A stretch of DNA of 64,000 bases from Macrostomum hystrix (GCA_950097015.1 CATNEN010000001.1:4278001-4342000); one strand, 5' to 3'. Counted from the stretch's first letter, positions 21,953 to 35,443 are shown. Numbers and translations: made by a program. The notes: generated from the sequence alone by a model not told the origin.

Positions 21953-22931
21953 GCAACTGCTTCGAATCAGCCAATTTTGGACGATGAGCTATCAATCAAG
22001 TGTCCGATGCGTCCGATGTACTTCCTCAGCTCGCACCTGATGCAGTACGATCAGCACGTGGAGTTGCACAGTCGAGACAGCGCAGCTTCACACCAGGCTG
22101 CAGACATTGTCTCGGAGGCTGGCAAAGCCATTGTCCAGTTTCAGCAGCAGTCTATGGCTCAATACTCTGCCAGGCCAGTCGGTTTGTTCAAATGATCAGC
22201 AGACAGTGATTTGCGGTTTCATGATTCGCAATGAGTCAGCTGTGCAACTGACTCCAAGGCACATTCAATTCAACAATAGCAGCTTCATCACGGAGATCCT
22301 GGCATTGCTGGGACACCGGCTTCAAGAACTTGCGTGCCCCACTGCCAACACTGCAAGACACGTTGCTTCTGTGCACGCCACTCTATTACGGAAGCAGAAA
22401 TCCATTGGCTTTGCCAAGCTGACCAATCACGTTGCTTCTGTGCACTCCACTCTATTACGGAAGCAGAAATCCATTGGCTTTGCCAAGCTGACCAATCAAG
22501 TTGCTTCTGTGCACGCCGAGCTGTTGCGGAAGCAGAAATCAGCTTAATCTGCTGAGCTGACCAATGAAGTTGCTTCAGTGCACGCCGAGCTGTTGCGAAA
22601 GCAGAAATCAGCTTAATCTGCTGAGCTGACCAATCAAGTTGCTTCTGTGCACGCCGAGCTGTTGCGGAAGCAGAAATCAGCTGAATCTGCTGAGCTGACC
22701 AATCAAGTTGCTTCTGTGCACGCCGAGCTGTTGCAGAAGCAGAAATTAACTAAAAACAAGGCGTTTCATTGCCAGCTGTGCAAGAAGCGCTTTGCCAAGG
22801 CCTGCAGTCTCATCAGACACGAGACAGCTGTGCACGGAGTCAAGCCTGACCAAAGCGACCATTCGGTTGATTTGCGCAATCGAGTGAAGGCTGAAGATCA
22901 GAAACCGCTGGTGCTGTGCGACAGGCCTTGA
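21953..22931 (+). pseudogene. Degenerate zinc-finger gene, copy 2
   Basis: Paralog of 7475-8247 with CPMC>CPMR, a frameshift near 22193, TAA stops in expanded 69-nt repeats, and an intact final finger CQLCKKRF..HETAVH. Confidence 0.5.
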
Positions 22932-24729
22932 CAATGCTGCAGTTATTGCTCTGCTGTCTTGGCTATCCGCGCTCAGCATTGGCGCAGTTGCCATGACAAC
23001 CAAGCTGGAAGTGAATACTGCATGTTATTGCCAGCTTTTCATTGGGCTCAAAAATGAATGTGAAACCCGTGTCCTCCATAATTATCAGATACTTTTTATC
23101 CTAGCAATCTAGTTATTATTAGTCAGCTATCAGCTATTCTGAGAATGCTTCACACACCTTATTCCTGGAATTCATTGTGCAGTTTAATTACATCGTTGTG
23201 CATTTTCCTGACAACCAGAATTTCTTTTCTATTCCTAGAAGCTAAGCATTTACACTCTGAGAGTTGCTGAATTTCCCAATTAATTCATGAAAATCTTCTG
23301 TTTCTGTTAGATCTCTTTCAGCCTGGCACGAATCCGCAAGTTGACACATTTTAAGTGTGCTCAAATACAACATCTTTTGAGAGAAGAAAACAGCAATGCA
23401 CATCTCTTTTTGGAACTGTCTGAGTGTTCTTAATTGTCTTTTCAGTTATTTTTTGCAGTCAGAAATGTACAGTCGCCATGTCCGTTGCGTTGTCAAATAT
23501 CCGTTGCTAGGCAACTGCTACAAAGCCTTTCAGTCCGCATACAGCAGATACAGCGGTTGCTAGGCAGATAGCTTGTTGTCGAATCCTGTTGCAATTTTCA
23601 CACATTAACAGCGCACTTTCTCTGTAAGAGTTAGGTTTAGCCATAGACTGTGTTAGATCACAAGTGTATCAAGTGAGACCCGTTAACACCTGCCCACTCC
23701 ACTGCCTATGCTCAGTGGTGTACTTATCGACTTTGCTATCGATGGGAATCAGCCAAGCGAGCTGATTGGCTGACGGCCCAAGGTGTGAAAAGAGGTGAGA
23801 AGGCAGGTGCGAAAACAGCATTGAAGCGGCCATGCCTGCCATTGTGGCATTCAGAATTACCTGCTTTTATCTCAATGATTCACTCAGTTTATTGTGAACA
23901 AAATACTGGGACTTATTTAATAGATGACAAAAGCGTTAAATCAGTTGGCATTCAGGGTTATTAATATTCAAAAGTACATCACGACTTTGTAGAGCGATTC
24001 TGTACAGGTGGGGAGTGCTGCTCAGACTGAGAGGTGAGCACTGGCTTGAGCAGTGGGGCTCGACAAACAGGCAGTTTTATGAGCAGCCCAGCTGCATATG
24101 AAATGACATCATTGAAGTGTTTTGCATGACATGTTAATGACATCTCTGCATTGCATAAGCTTTTATCTAATGGGATAATTATGGGCTTACGAATTACTAA
24201 TAGTGAAATAAAACATAGGCTTGGTCACACTGCCTTCTTAAAATGCCTCGTGATTATTGGTGTACTTTAGTGTGATGTTCAAAAGTGCAGTCTTTAGAAT
24301 GCACAGTCGTGCGTTAGAGCCCTATTTTATGGCAGTGTGAACGAGACTGTACACAGGATTCAAAGCAATGAACTGTACCAAATATAAGTAAATAGGCCTG
24401 CAAGCCTCCACTGACAGGGATTTCGAAGGTCTGAATTCAATGTCAATTCCACAAACTGTAACTGACTTCTGATGTAACTATCTTCCGCTATCTTTCTCTA
24501 TCTTTCGATATCTGTCAATAAGCTTCCAATAGCGAGTCGATTGTTTGCGTTTGTTAAATTATGAATAATAAAGGTACAAAATTCCGCATACAAATTAATG
24601 CAGAGGAAAAAAACAACTAAACCAGAAGCACAAAATCCTAATTCCCAAAGTATGGTGCACGCCTATGCTACTCAGCTCCTTCAAATCGCAGTCCAGCGAC
24701 CTTGAGCTGGGCAGCAGGCGGAGGCCTCC

Positions 24730-27700
24730 TCAGCAGTTTTCACCTGCCGTCCTCTGCCTTCCGCTTCCTGCCTCTCCGCTGGCGCTCCAGGCTGACGGAC
24801 TCGCTCTCCGTCTCCATGGCGACGCGTCGCTGATCAGCGTCTCCGGCAGCGATTTCGCGAACCGCTGCAACTTCGCGTGCATCCAGCCGTCTCTCTGCTG
24901 CGCCACTGTTTCCATAGCAACCAGCCGACCGAGCTCATCATTGATCAGATGCAGCCGCGCTCTCACCCACAGCCTCCGCTCCTCATCCTCCAAACTCGAG
25001 TGGCTGTCGCTGCGAGTGGAAATTCGCCACAGCTTCTCCCTGACCCAGCGGATCTTCTCCTCATCCTGCGTCTCCATGGCGACGCGTCTCTCGTCCCTGA
25101 CGGTCTCCATCTGTCGCAGGCTGAACTCCACGTGCTCAACTTGGTCGCTGTAGTGAGCCAGAGTGAGCAGCTTCTCCAAGTCCGGGTCCTCTTGCAGCTC
25201 TGAGAGCCACGCATCGAGGTCGACTGCTGTGCGATTGCGGAGCAGCTCAGCTTGGAGACTCCAGCTCAGGCAGCGGAAGTTCACGTACAGGTGCTCAGAG
25301 CGAGGCTGCGACAGTCTGGCTGTGAGCAGAGTCTGCGTGAACTCGGGAAGGAATGGGAATCGAGGCGGAGTGTCTGCGGGGAGGCAGAACCTCCACGCCC
25401 AGTCCGAGTCTGATGGCAGATTGTATCCGATATCACCAGGCCTCATTCCACTCTGAACTCTGTGACTCTGGAGTTCCATCGCGAGTCTCTCAGCCTCCTC
25501 GAAGTCTCCGAACTTCAAATGCGCCATGGCGGTCATGCACAGGGCAGCGCACTTGCACCACCGCAGCTGATGCAGGAGACTGAGCTGCCTCATCAGGGTG
25601 TCTCTGTCTGCAGACTCTGACTGCAGCTCAAGAAAACAATGGTGCACCACACTGTACACGTCACTGTATAAGAATGTAGATAAATCTACATTCACACAAC
25701 CAACTGGCTTACGATGATTAGATCCTTTCCTTATTTTCGTGAAAGCAGGCGTTGTCAGTGGCAGCAGAGTGAACGGGTGAAAGTAGAAATTATTTGACTG
25801 TAAAGGTCTCACGAAACTGCTCATCTGCTCAACCACTCCGCCGATGTCGCTTCTCAGCTCTCTCAGTCGGTCTTGAACCCTCACCTTCGTGTTGTCGAAG
25901 TCGCCGCCGATTCCAGCGTTCTTGAAGTAGAGCGGAGCGTCGGACATGAAGAAGTGCGGCATGCACTCATCGGGTGAGCTGCTTGAGTCGATGAAGCTCA
26001 GCATCATGTCGAGAGACTCCTTCAGCAGTGAGATCAGATTCTGAGGCTGCCAAGCTTCAGCATTCGGGTCTGTGCCATGCTTCTCCAGCATGAAGAAGAG
26101 CAGAGTCTTTGCATGGTAGGTCTTGAGTCCAGGTGTGTCCAGAGTGAGTGGCAAATGTCTCTTGAAGATGAACTTGATGATTGAGAACAGCTGTCCCTGG
26201 ACTGTGCTCAGCTGTCTCATGGCCACTTTCTCGTGGAAGCTGAAGCTTACTCTGAGCTCATTGGTCTTATTTGGTCTGGTTGCCCTCACGAGGTGAACAT
26301 CTTTGAGATAAATGCTCAGCTTCCCAACTCTGTGCTCACAGAATGAGCTGCAGCACTCGATCGCATGGCACGTGTCCTGAGCAGGCCGCACACCGCATGC
26401 CTTGGCTGAGACGGCAGGTTGGCTGCCTGCAGTGGGTGGTGAAACCCAGTAGCAGTTTTTTGGCAAACGTCAAATTCGGGACTCAATTTATAACCATTAA
26501 CCATTAACCTGGATTGACACCAAACTACTCGTAAATTTCAAAATCTGTCTCACCAGTACTTCACCACAGCCTCCTCCTCCTACAGCCTCTACTGCTGGAC
26601 TCCATGTGAAACCCAATTTTGATTCTTTTGAAGCACATGTCATGGCAGATATCACTCACCTGACCCCACTGCCACCTGCGCGTGACCCTCCGTAACCCGC
26701 AGCTTCGTGGCACCTTCGCAAGCATGCCAATAAGTTTTCATTCCACCGCAGCCACCCTCCAGATGCAGCAGCTGCCCTTGAACCAGCACAGTCCAGTCAA
26801 TGTCTGAGTCAGCCGCTGTCCTGCCGTTCACTTGCACCAGACTGTTGGCCCAGCCCTCTGCGTAGCTGCCTGACATATGCATCTCCCTGTTGTGAGTGAG
26901 GTCTTGAGCGACTCCTTCCAGCCAGTCAGCCATTGTCTGCTGCCACTCTGCTCTCTCCTGAGTGAATCCCGCATCGCTGAGCAGTCGGTGCAGTTCCTCG
27001 CTGAGCTGCCTGTCCCGCTGTGAGTCGTCTCTGAGCCTGGAATGATGGGGAACTCAGTCAGCTGATGGATTGTACACCTGCACAGACTGGCATTTCAAGC
27101 TGATCAGCAGAATCAGCAACTCACCCAGTGAGACTTGAGTCGGTGCAGAGTCCGGCTGCCTCCTTGGCATTCGGTTCGCTGAAAAGTTCAGGAGGAAGTA
27201 GATCCGATTTACACCGATATTGTTTTGACCAGAGCATGAAAGCGTTCCCGGAATAATCATGAATACAAGAGAGCAACTGCTGTAAATCAGGTTGTATTTC
27301 AGCTGTTTCACATAGCTCACAATGGGCATTCAGTCAAAATGCTTGAGTAAGCAAAATAATCATCCTTAATAAAGTGTCCGATCGGCGCTCTCTGATTGGG
27401 TGTAAACACCCACCCCAGGCACCCACCCCAGGCACCCACCCCTCCGCCTTGAGCTGGGTTGTATTTCAGCTGTCGCCCGCGTACTGCCAAGCCCTACCTC
27501 ACCTCGATCGCGGGATCCCCAGCAGTCGCAGCAATTGCTGATCTCCGCGCTGCTCCGTCAGCTGCGCACAAGTCCGACCCCGGCCGTCTCGATGACTCGC
27601 ATCCGCTCCTCTGTCCATCAGAGTCTTGGCTGCTCGCACGTGACCCGCTTCACAAGCTCGCGACAGAGCTGTCCGACCCTGACTGTCTTCAGCTCGCGCT

Positions 27701-28695
27701 GACGCACCGAGATCCACCAGCCTCTCAATGAGCTCGTGATGACCTGCATCAGCTGCCAGCATGAGAGCAGTGGCTCCTGAGCTGTCGTCTGGCTGATCGA
27801 CGTGTTCTCTGCTCAGTCGCTCCTCATTGATGAGGGTGAGAGCCAGTGCGACATGGCCATGGGAGATTGAAGTACAGAGCAACTGCGTTATCTGGGCTGG
27901 CTGCATTCGAGACAGAGTCTGGGTGAGAACCGAGTTCCTGCCCTCAATGGCCATCGAGGCGGTAAAGCTAAGCACTTGACTGAATTGGAGCCACTCGGGC
28001 TGAAGACCAAGGAAGGCAACGACATCTTCATGGAGACTAGAGCAGGCCGTGACAGCGCATTCACGATGAACATTCTGTTTCAAGGTTTGGTCAGCGATTT
28101 TCTGCACCAGAAACTTCACGACCTCCAACTGACCCGATCTTGCAGCAGATTTCGCAGCCTTGCTGCAGAACTGATCTCTCACTTTTTGGTCAGCGACTGT
28201 CTGCACCAGAAACTTCACCACCTCCAACTGACCCTCGATTGCAGCAGATTCCGCAGCCTTTCTGCAGCACTGATCTCTCACTTTTTGGTCAGCGATTGTC
28301 GGCACCAGAAACTTCACCACCTCCAACTGACCCGATCTTGCAGCAGATTCCGCAGAATTGCATATGCAACGATCTCTCACTTTTTGGTCAGTGACTGTCT
28401 GCAACAGAAACTTCACCAGCTCTAACTGACCCTTGTATGCAGCAGTTTCCGCAGCCTGGCTGCAGCACTGATCTCTCACGGTTTGGTCAGCGACTGTCTG
28501 CACCAGAAACTTCACCACCTCCAACTGACCCGATCTTGCAGCAAATATCGCAGCCTAGCTGCAATATTGATCGCTCGCTTTTTGGTCAGCGACTGTCTGC
28601 ACCAGAAACTTCACCATCTCCAAGTCACCATTCGCTGCAGCATGTTCAATGCCATAGTCATCAGGTGGAGCCGGGTCATTGGATTTGCTGGCTCA
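24730..28695 (-). pseudogene. Ankyrin/cGLR copy 2 (6 repeats; start codon lost, in-frame TAG in repeat 1)
   Basis: Exons ~28692-27503, 27178-27125, 27036-26660, 26426-24730. The ATG is replaced (plus strand GGCTCAGAATT versus GGCCATCT in copy 3) and GAG>TAG occurs at 28557-28555. Confidence 0.8.
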
Positions 28696-29667
28696 GAATT
28701 ACTTAAGTCTCGGAATCAAGATAGTTGCTATTCTGAAAAGCGTGAATTTTTTAATTTGTTTAATCTTTCTCATATTTTTCATTAATTACACGCGCCATAA
28801 TCAGGCCAGATGTGCAGCTGACAACCCAGCGCATCGCAGCAACTGAAGGCAGCGTACGGCTGTTCAGTCCATGGACTGGCAACGCCACACCCCAGCCCCT
28901 AATTACCCAAGCTAATGCTGTTACCCATTTAACAACTGTGTGTGCTGAAGAGTTAGGTGCTAAAGGTAAAAATGTTTCAGTGGGTCGTGAATCGAACTTT
29001 CGACCGTGGGCGGCATTTGGTCAAGCAGGGTACAGATTGTCTATGGGAATGAGGAAAGGCTAGTATTACTTCATAGAACAGGGAATAGTTGCTATGGAAA
29101 TAGAGTTGCAAGTCAGTTTATTGACTAATTTCTAATTTAAAGGTTCATTTGAGACGCGACAGCTTCAATGCATGCACTAGTTTAGACATTCTTCCCATTC
29201 AAACCGTGATTTTTTAGAACTCATCCGGACCGATCGGAGCAATGGTCTCTTCATGTCCTAATTCTTTACTGTAATTCGAGCTGTCTCGATTTATTTGGAA
29301 ATTTCTTCGAAACGACCTGTCCATAGACAAATGTCTGGCTTAACCCTCAGAGCCTTAGTCGGACCCCAGTTAGAAATAGCCAGACACATTGCCCAGACCT
29401 TTACACTTTGGCCTTCTAAACTGCATTTGGTCTCCTCCCTGGGTGCGCTCAATCTAAAATACTTGAGCGATTGTTTAGGTCTCCTGGTAGCCTTAGAAGC
29501 ACCTTTCCAAGACCCCCATGACGTGATTTGAGGAATCCCTCGTGAGGCGTGTCTCAATTCATTGACGGGTGATAGGGAATCCAATATATAGAAAATAGAT
29601 GAAGACAGAAAAATGGTTTTCTTTTTTGAACTTGGACTCAGATTTCTCGGATGGGGCGGATAATTAG

Positions 29668-31207
29668 ATGGCGGATAGTTGAAGGGGCGGAGAGTTGGAA
29701 GGGGCGGAGAGTTGGAGGGGCGGAGAGTTGGAGGGGCGGAGAGTTGGAGGGGCGGATAGTTGGAGGGGCGGAGAGTTGGAAGGGGCGGAGAGTTGGAGGG
29801 GCGGATAGTTGAAGGGGCGGATAGTTGGAGGGGCGGAGAGTTGGAGGGGCGGAGAGTTGGAAGGGGCGGAGAGTTGGAGGGGCGGATAGTTGAAGGGGCG
29901 GAGAGTTGGAGGGGCGGAGAGTTGGAGGGGCGGAGAGTTGGAAGGGATTGTTGGTGGGGCGGAGAGTTGGAAAGGATTGTTGGAGGGGCGGAGAGTTGGA
30001 AGGGATAGTTGGTGGGGCGGAGAGTTGGAAGGGATTGTTGGTGGGGCGGAGAGTTGGAAGGGATTGTTGGTGGGGCGGAGAGTTGGAAGGGATTGTTGGT
30101 GGGGCGGAGAGTTGGAAGGGATTGTTGGTGGGGCGGAGAGTTGGAAAGGATTGTTGGAGGGGCGGAGAGTTGGAAGGGATTGTTGGTGGGGCGGAGAGTT
30201 GGAAGGGATTGTTGGTGGGGCGGAGAGTTGGAAAGGATTGTTGGAGGGGCGGAGAGTTGGAAGGGATTGTTGGTGGGGCGGAGAGTTGGAAGGGATTGTT
30301 GGTGGGGCGGAGAGTTGGAAAGGATTGTTGGAGGGGCGGAGAGTTGGAAGGGATTGTTGGTGGGGCGGAGAGTTGGAAGGGATTGTTGGTGGGGCGGAGA
30401 GTTGGAAGGGATTGTTGGAGGGGCGGAGAGTTGGAGGGGCGGATAGTTGGAGGGGCGGAGAGTTGGAAGGGATTGTTGGTGGGGCGGAGAGTTGGAAAGG
30501 ATTGTTGGAGGGGCGGAGAGTTGGAAGGGATAGTTGGTGGGGCGGAGAGTTGGAAGGGATTGTTGGTGGGGCGGAGAGTTGGAAGGGATTGTTGGTGGGG
30601 CGGAGAGTTGGAAGGGATTGTTGGTGGGGCGGAGAGTTGGAAGGGATTGTTGGTGGGGCGGAGAGTTGGAAAGGATTGTTGGAGGGGCGGAGAGTTGGAA
30701 GGGATTGTTGGTGGGGCGGAGAGTTGGAAGGGATTGTTGGTGGGGCGGAGAGTTGGAAAGGATTGTTGGAGGGGCGGAGAGTTGGAAGGGATTGTTGGTG
30801 GGGCGGAGAGTTGGAAGGGATTGTTGGTGGGGCGGAGAGTTGGAAAGGATTGTTGGAGGGGCGGAGAGTTGGAAGGGATTGTTGGTGGGGCGGAGAGTTG
30901 GAAGGGATTGTTGGTGGGGCGGAGAGTTGGAAAGGATTGTTGGAGGGGCGGAGAGTTGGAAGGGATTGTTGGTGGGGCGGAGAGTTGGAAGGGCGGATAG
31001 TTGGAGGGGCGGATAGTTGGAGGGGCGGATAGTTGGAGGGGCGGATAGTTGGAGGGGCGGAGAGTTGGAAAGGATTGTTGGTGGGGCGGAGAGTTGGAAG
31101 GGCGGATAGTTGGAGGGGCGGATAGTTGGAGGGGCGGATAGTTGGAGGGGCGGATAGTTGAAGGGGCGGATAGTTGAAGGGGCGGATAGTTGAAGGGGCG
31201 GATAGTT
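29668..31207. repeat. G-rich satellite, 16-bp units grading into 29-bp units (GGAGAGTTGGAAGGGATTGTTGGTGGGGC)
   Basis: Tandem array with a higher-order 3x29-bp pattern. Confidence 0.96.
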
Positions 31208-32139
31208 CAGCTCTCAATTCACCACACTCTATGAGCATGCATATACTGGCACAGTTAAACATTCACTAAATCAGTGCTGATTGACTCACCAGCTGCTCAC
31301 GGGCAGTTCGACCTACTTGGCTGCTGAAGTTCGATGGAATTTCTTGCAGTCTTTGCTCGAGCCGTCAGTTTGATGCTAGGAACAAGAGTTAGGTTGTGGG
31401 TCTGCGCACTGGGGCTGCGCACGAACGCAGCCTCTTTAAAACCATTTAAAGGCAGTGCAACGATTCGGATCAGATAAGATTTCATCAGTTTTACTTAGCT
31501 TTAGCTTCATCAGTTTTAAGCAGCCAGTTGTCTCTTCTTTCTGGCCTCTCTATTTGTCCACTCCTAGCATTCAAGTTCTAATCTTGGCTTCGTTGTCGAT
31601 TAGAATCCCGCGGAGTTGGTTTGTTGATTTTGTTGCTAGGCAGTTTGGCTGCTGGCTCGCACCGGCGGGACACGAAGCCTGTGAGGTATGACCAGCCCGC
31701 GAGCTACGGTGTGCGCAGTTTATGGCGAGTAGTACGACTTTATGCCACCCTGCCGCACTATAGCCGAGATAGGCGGAAAATGGCAGGACGTGGGGAGAGA
31801 GTTTGGGGGTTGGTAATCTGGGGTTGGGGTGGGGGTTAGCAATCTGGGGTTGGGGTGGGTGGTTAGCAATCTGGGGTTGGGGTGGGGGTTAGCAATCTGG
31901 GGTTGGGGTCAGGTCAAAAGAAAGCTTTTTGTGATGATTTTTGTCTGCTAGAACCCTAGATTTCACAGCAGTGTACACAGAGTTTTGGAGAGAGACAGAA
32001 AAAAGGAGGCCCAGCACAGCTGCGCTTACGCTATTTATTTTTTATAAATGCAAACTTTTTATATCTTGTCCAAATCTCAAGGCTTACTGAGTGCGTTTGC
32101 ACTAGTTAAAGGCGAATATTAACACGGCTTGCTTATCGT

Positions 32140-33180
32140 ACATTTTATGGTGATTGGGAGGGTTCGGATGTACATTTTATGGTGATTGGTCGGTTTGGGG
32201 ATGAACTGAATTGGTTGGGAGGGTGGGGATGTTCATTTTATGGTGATTGGTCGGTTTGGGGAAGAACTGGATTGGTTGGGAGGGTGGGATGTACATTTTA
32301 TGTGATTGGTCGGTTTGGGGATGAACTGGAGTGATTGTGAGGGTGGGGATGTACATTTTATGGTGATTGGTCGGTTTGGGGAAGAACTGGATTGGTTGGG
32401 AGGGTGGGGATGTACATTTTATGGTGATTGGTCGGTTTGGGGATGAACTGGATTGGTTGGGAGGGTGGGGATGTACATTTTATGGTGATTGGTCGGTTTG
32501 GGGATGAACTGGATTGGTTGGGAGGGTGGGGATGTACATTTTATGGTGATTGGTCGGTTTGGGGATGAACTGGATTGGTTGGGAGGGTGGGGATGTAAAT
32601 TTTATGTGATTAGTCGGTTTGGGGATGAACTGGATTGGTTGGGAGGGTGGGGATGTACATTTTATGGTTATTGGTCGGTTTGGGGAAGAACCGGATTGGT
32701 TGGGAGGGTGGGGATGTACATTTTATGTGATTGGTCGGTTTGGGGATGAACTGGATTGGTTGGGAGGGTGGGGATGTACATTTTATGTGATTGGTCGGTT
32801 TGGGGATGAACTGGATTGGTTGGGAGGGTGGGGATGTACATTTTATGGTGATTGGTCGGTTTGGGGATGAACTGGATTGGTTGGGAGGGTGGGGATGTAC
32901 ATTTTATGGTGATTGGTCGGTTTGGGGATGAACTGGATTGGTTGGGAGGGTGGGGATGTACATTTTATGGTGATTGGTCGGTTTGGGGAAGAACTGGATT
33001 GGTTGGGAGGGTGGGGATGTACATTTTATGTGATTAGTCGGTTTGGGGATGAACTGGATTGGTTGGGAGGGTGGGGATGTACATTTTATGGTTATTGGTC
33101 GGTTTGGGGAAGAACCGGATTGGTTGGGAGGGTGGGGATGTACATTTTATGGTTATTGGTCGGTTTGGGGATGAACTGGG
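32140..33180. repeat. 60/61-bp G-rich minisatellite
   Basis: Tandem array, reverse complement of 18420-18787. Confidence 0.95.
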
Positions 33181-33534
33181 CCTGTCTAATTACACTGGGT
33201 ACGGCTAACACTGCAGAGATAGGAGTATAGGCCGGCCTATCTGTTTGCACTGGGGATAGGATGGCACTGAATATGGCACTTGTGGCTATTGCAGTGAATA
33301 ATTAATCGGTCACGCTGAAGAGAGTAGGAAGAGAGGCTGGCCTATCACTATTAGTGGTTGTTAGAAGTTCAGTTATGAACTTTACTGTAGTAAAAGTTTT
33401 CATTGATTTTCTTCTTGATAATTGCGAGGTTTTGAGTGGCAAGACAATGCACTGTTTTCCACTATAGATAATTATAATATGTAGCTAAATACATTAGAAA
33501 ACTGATGGCATGACACCCACCCCACTCCGCCTGG

Positions 33535-33540
33535 TATAAA
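33535..33540 (+). promoter_or_regulatory. Putative TATA box of the PC4-like gene (also 44637-44642)
   Basis: GGTATAAAGGG ~90 nt upstream of the ATG, preceded by a GC-box-like CCACTCCGCC. Confidence 0.45.
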
Positions 33541-33627
33541 GGGTGTTGTTTTTAGTTAGAATTCGAAAGAAAAATTGAAATTAACTTACACTCTTTAATA
33601 AACTTTTTTGCCTCGAGATATTTTGCT

Positions 33628-34332
33628 ATGGCTGTGTGCGTTAAAGTGCGAATCCAAGAATATGAAGCTCATCGTTTCATTGCAACCCGGCGATTCTTTC
33701 CCTCTGAAGGAGGCATGAGGGCTGGCATTCCTGGCTTCAACCTCAACGCGCACCAATGGGAGAAGCTTAAGCAACTGAAACGTCAGCTGGCGCTTTCGGC
33801 TCTCAACCGCCGCAACGTGAGCGTCAAACTGGGCTTTGACAAGCTGGCAATTGTCAACAGGGGCATGATCTGGCTAAAGTGGCTACCTGAAGATTGCACT
33901 GAAGACTACCTGAAGCGCAACTCAGTGGCGCTGACTCCTCGCCTGTGGGGAGCGCTCAGGAGAAAGGCTCCGCTGATCGAAGAAGAGCTGCGCGGCAAAG
34001 CACCTGAGAGCGAGTACGAGGTGGACGCTGAGGATGTCAAGTCCGAAGGCTCCGAATTACGCCAGGAAACATTGTCTGGTGAGGAGGTCGACGATGACAA
34101 GACACTGCTCATCAGCCAGTCGGACAACGCAACAGATGGTCTGCCAGTGACTCCATCCAGCCGCATCTCGCAGCAGGACAGCAACTTGACGCAGGATCCG
34201 CTGTGGTACCAGTTTCGCGCTTCTTCAGGGCTAAGCAACGCGCCGAGCAAACGGAAGCTTCCATGGCCTCTGCGCAGGCAAGATGCGGTCAAGTTGCCGA
34301 GGATCGACTATGTCGAGAACGACAATGAATGA
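33628..34332 (+). CDS. Intronless protein with PC4/Sub1-like ssDNA-binding domain(s) and acidic tail (copy 1)
   Basis: VRIQEYEAHRFIATRRFF..GGMRAGIPGFNLNAHQWEKLK resembles the PC4 signature V.V.eF.G...idiR.yy...g...PgkkGisL...QW..Lk. A second, weaker unit follows (SVALTPRLWGALRRKAPLIEEEL). Confidence 0.65.
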   Translation: MAVCVKVRIQEYEAHRFIATRRFFPSEGGMRAGIPGFNLNAHQWEKLKQLKRQLALSALNRRNVSVKLGFDKLAIVNRGMIWLKWLPEDCTEDYLKRNSVALTPRLWGALRRKAPLIEEELRGKAPESEYEVDAEDVKSEGSELRQETLSGEEVDDDKTLLISQSDNATDGLPVTPSSRISQQDSNLTQDPLWYQFRASSGLSNAPSKRKLPWPLRRQDAVKLPRIDYVENDNE

Positions 34333-35443
34333 ACTGCTGAATTACTGTTACTATGCTTCCTAATTCTAAAATCCCAATATTGTAGCACAATTTTGTTAAA
34401 GTTAGTTACAACATCTTGCAATTGCAATCAAATTCAAAGTCAGCATTAGCGTGGTTATACTATTCTAAGCCTGCCGTTAAAACTATTGTGTAAACCTAAG
34501 AAAAGAAGCTACTTTGTCTTTTCCGATTCTTGAATCTTATTTGAGCTTGGAATGGAAAATATTTTCTTCAATCCTGAACAGCCAGCCAGTTTCTCTGGCT
34601 GCAATAAATTTGTTTTTGAACTTAAAAATCAGGGTGTCCGTGGTGCGAGTTACACAACTGGCTAAATGATCAGACAGTTTGCACGCTACACAATCCCGCC
34701 AGAAGAAATTACCGCCGGTCACCAATTATAGTCTGAGCCATGGATGACCTGCAGTGGGAGTTGGATCTGGTTAAATTGATACCATTTGCTAAGTACGATA
34801 ACGGATACAAATACATGCAACATGCATTGATGTGCTGTCCAAGTTTGCCAGGGCCAAACCTCGGAAAACAAAGCCAGCGGCTGATGTGAAATCTGCATTT
34901 GAGTCCATTCTGAAGAGCACAAAGCGCAGGCCTCGAACAGTTCGCTCAGATCAGGGAAAATAATTTGTAAACTCTAGCTTTCGTCAGTTCGGTATTGCTA
35001 GTGGAATTCTAGCATTTAGGATTAAAAGTGAGCAGAAGCTAAATAAAGTCATTTCTACGAGAAGCTAAAGACGGAATTCGAGACATGTCATAGCGCTACC
35101 AAGATCAAACTTTGTGGGGGCGACATAGTAGCTGATATCCCTAAAGATATCCCACAGGTAACTGATATCCCTAAAGATATCCCACAGGTAGCTGATATGC
35201 CTAAATACACTCAGCAACATTTAAAACGCAACACTCTAACTAGAAGAAAAATCAACTCACTCAGAAGAGTCAAAGCGCATAGTCTATGGTTCAAATCGAG
35301 CTTCAGAAACGCGTACCTGTATATCCCACAGGTAGCTGATATCCCTAAATATATCCCACAGGTAGCTGATATCCCTAAAGATATCCCACAAGTAACATCA
35401 CTTAACTGACTTTCAGCATTGCCAACTCATGCTGCTGCTGTTG

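Noticed and set aside
29664-31262. Pro-rich 532-aa ORF (also 17258-17707, 41410-42606, 53554-54384)
   Set aside because: 16/29-bp units are not multiples of three and are open in many frames; satellite artefact.
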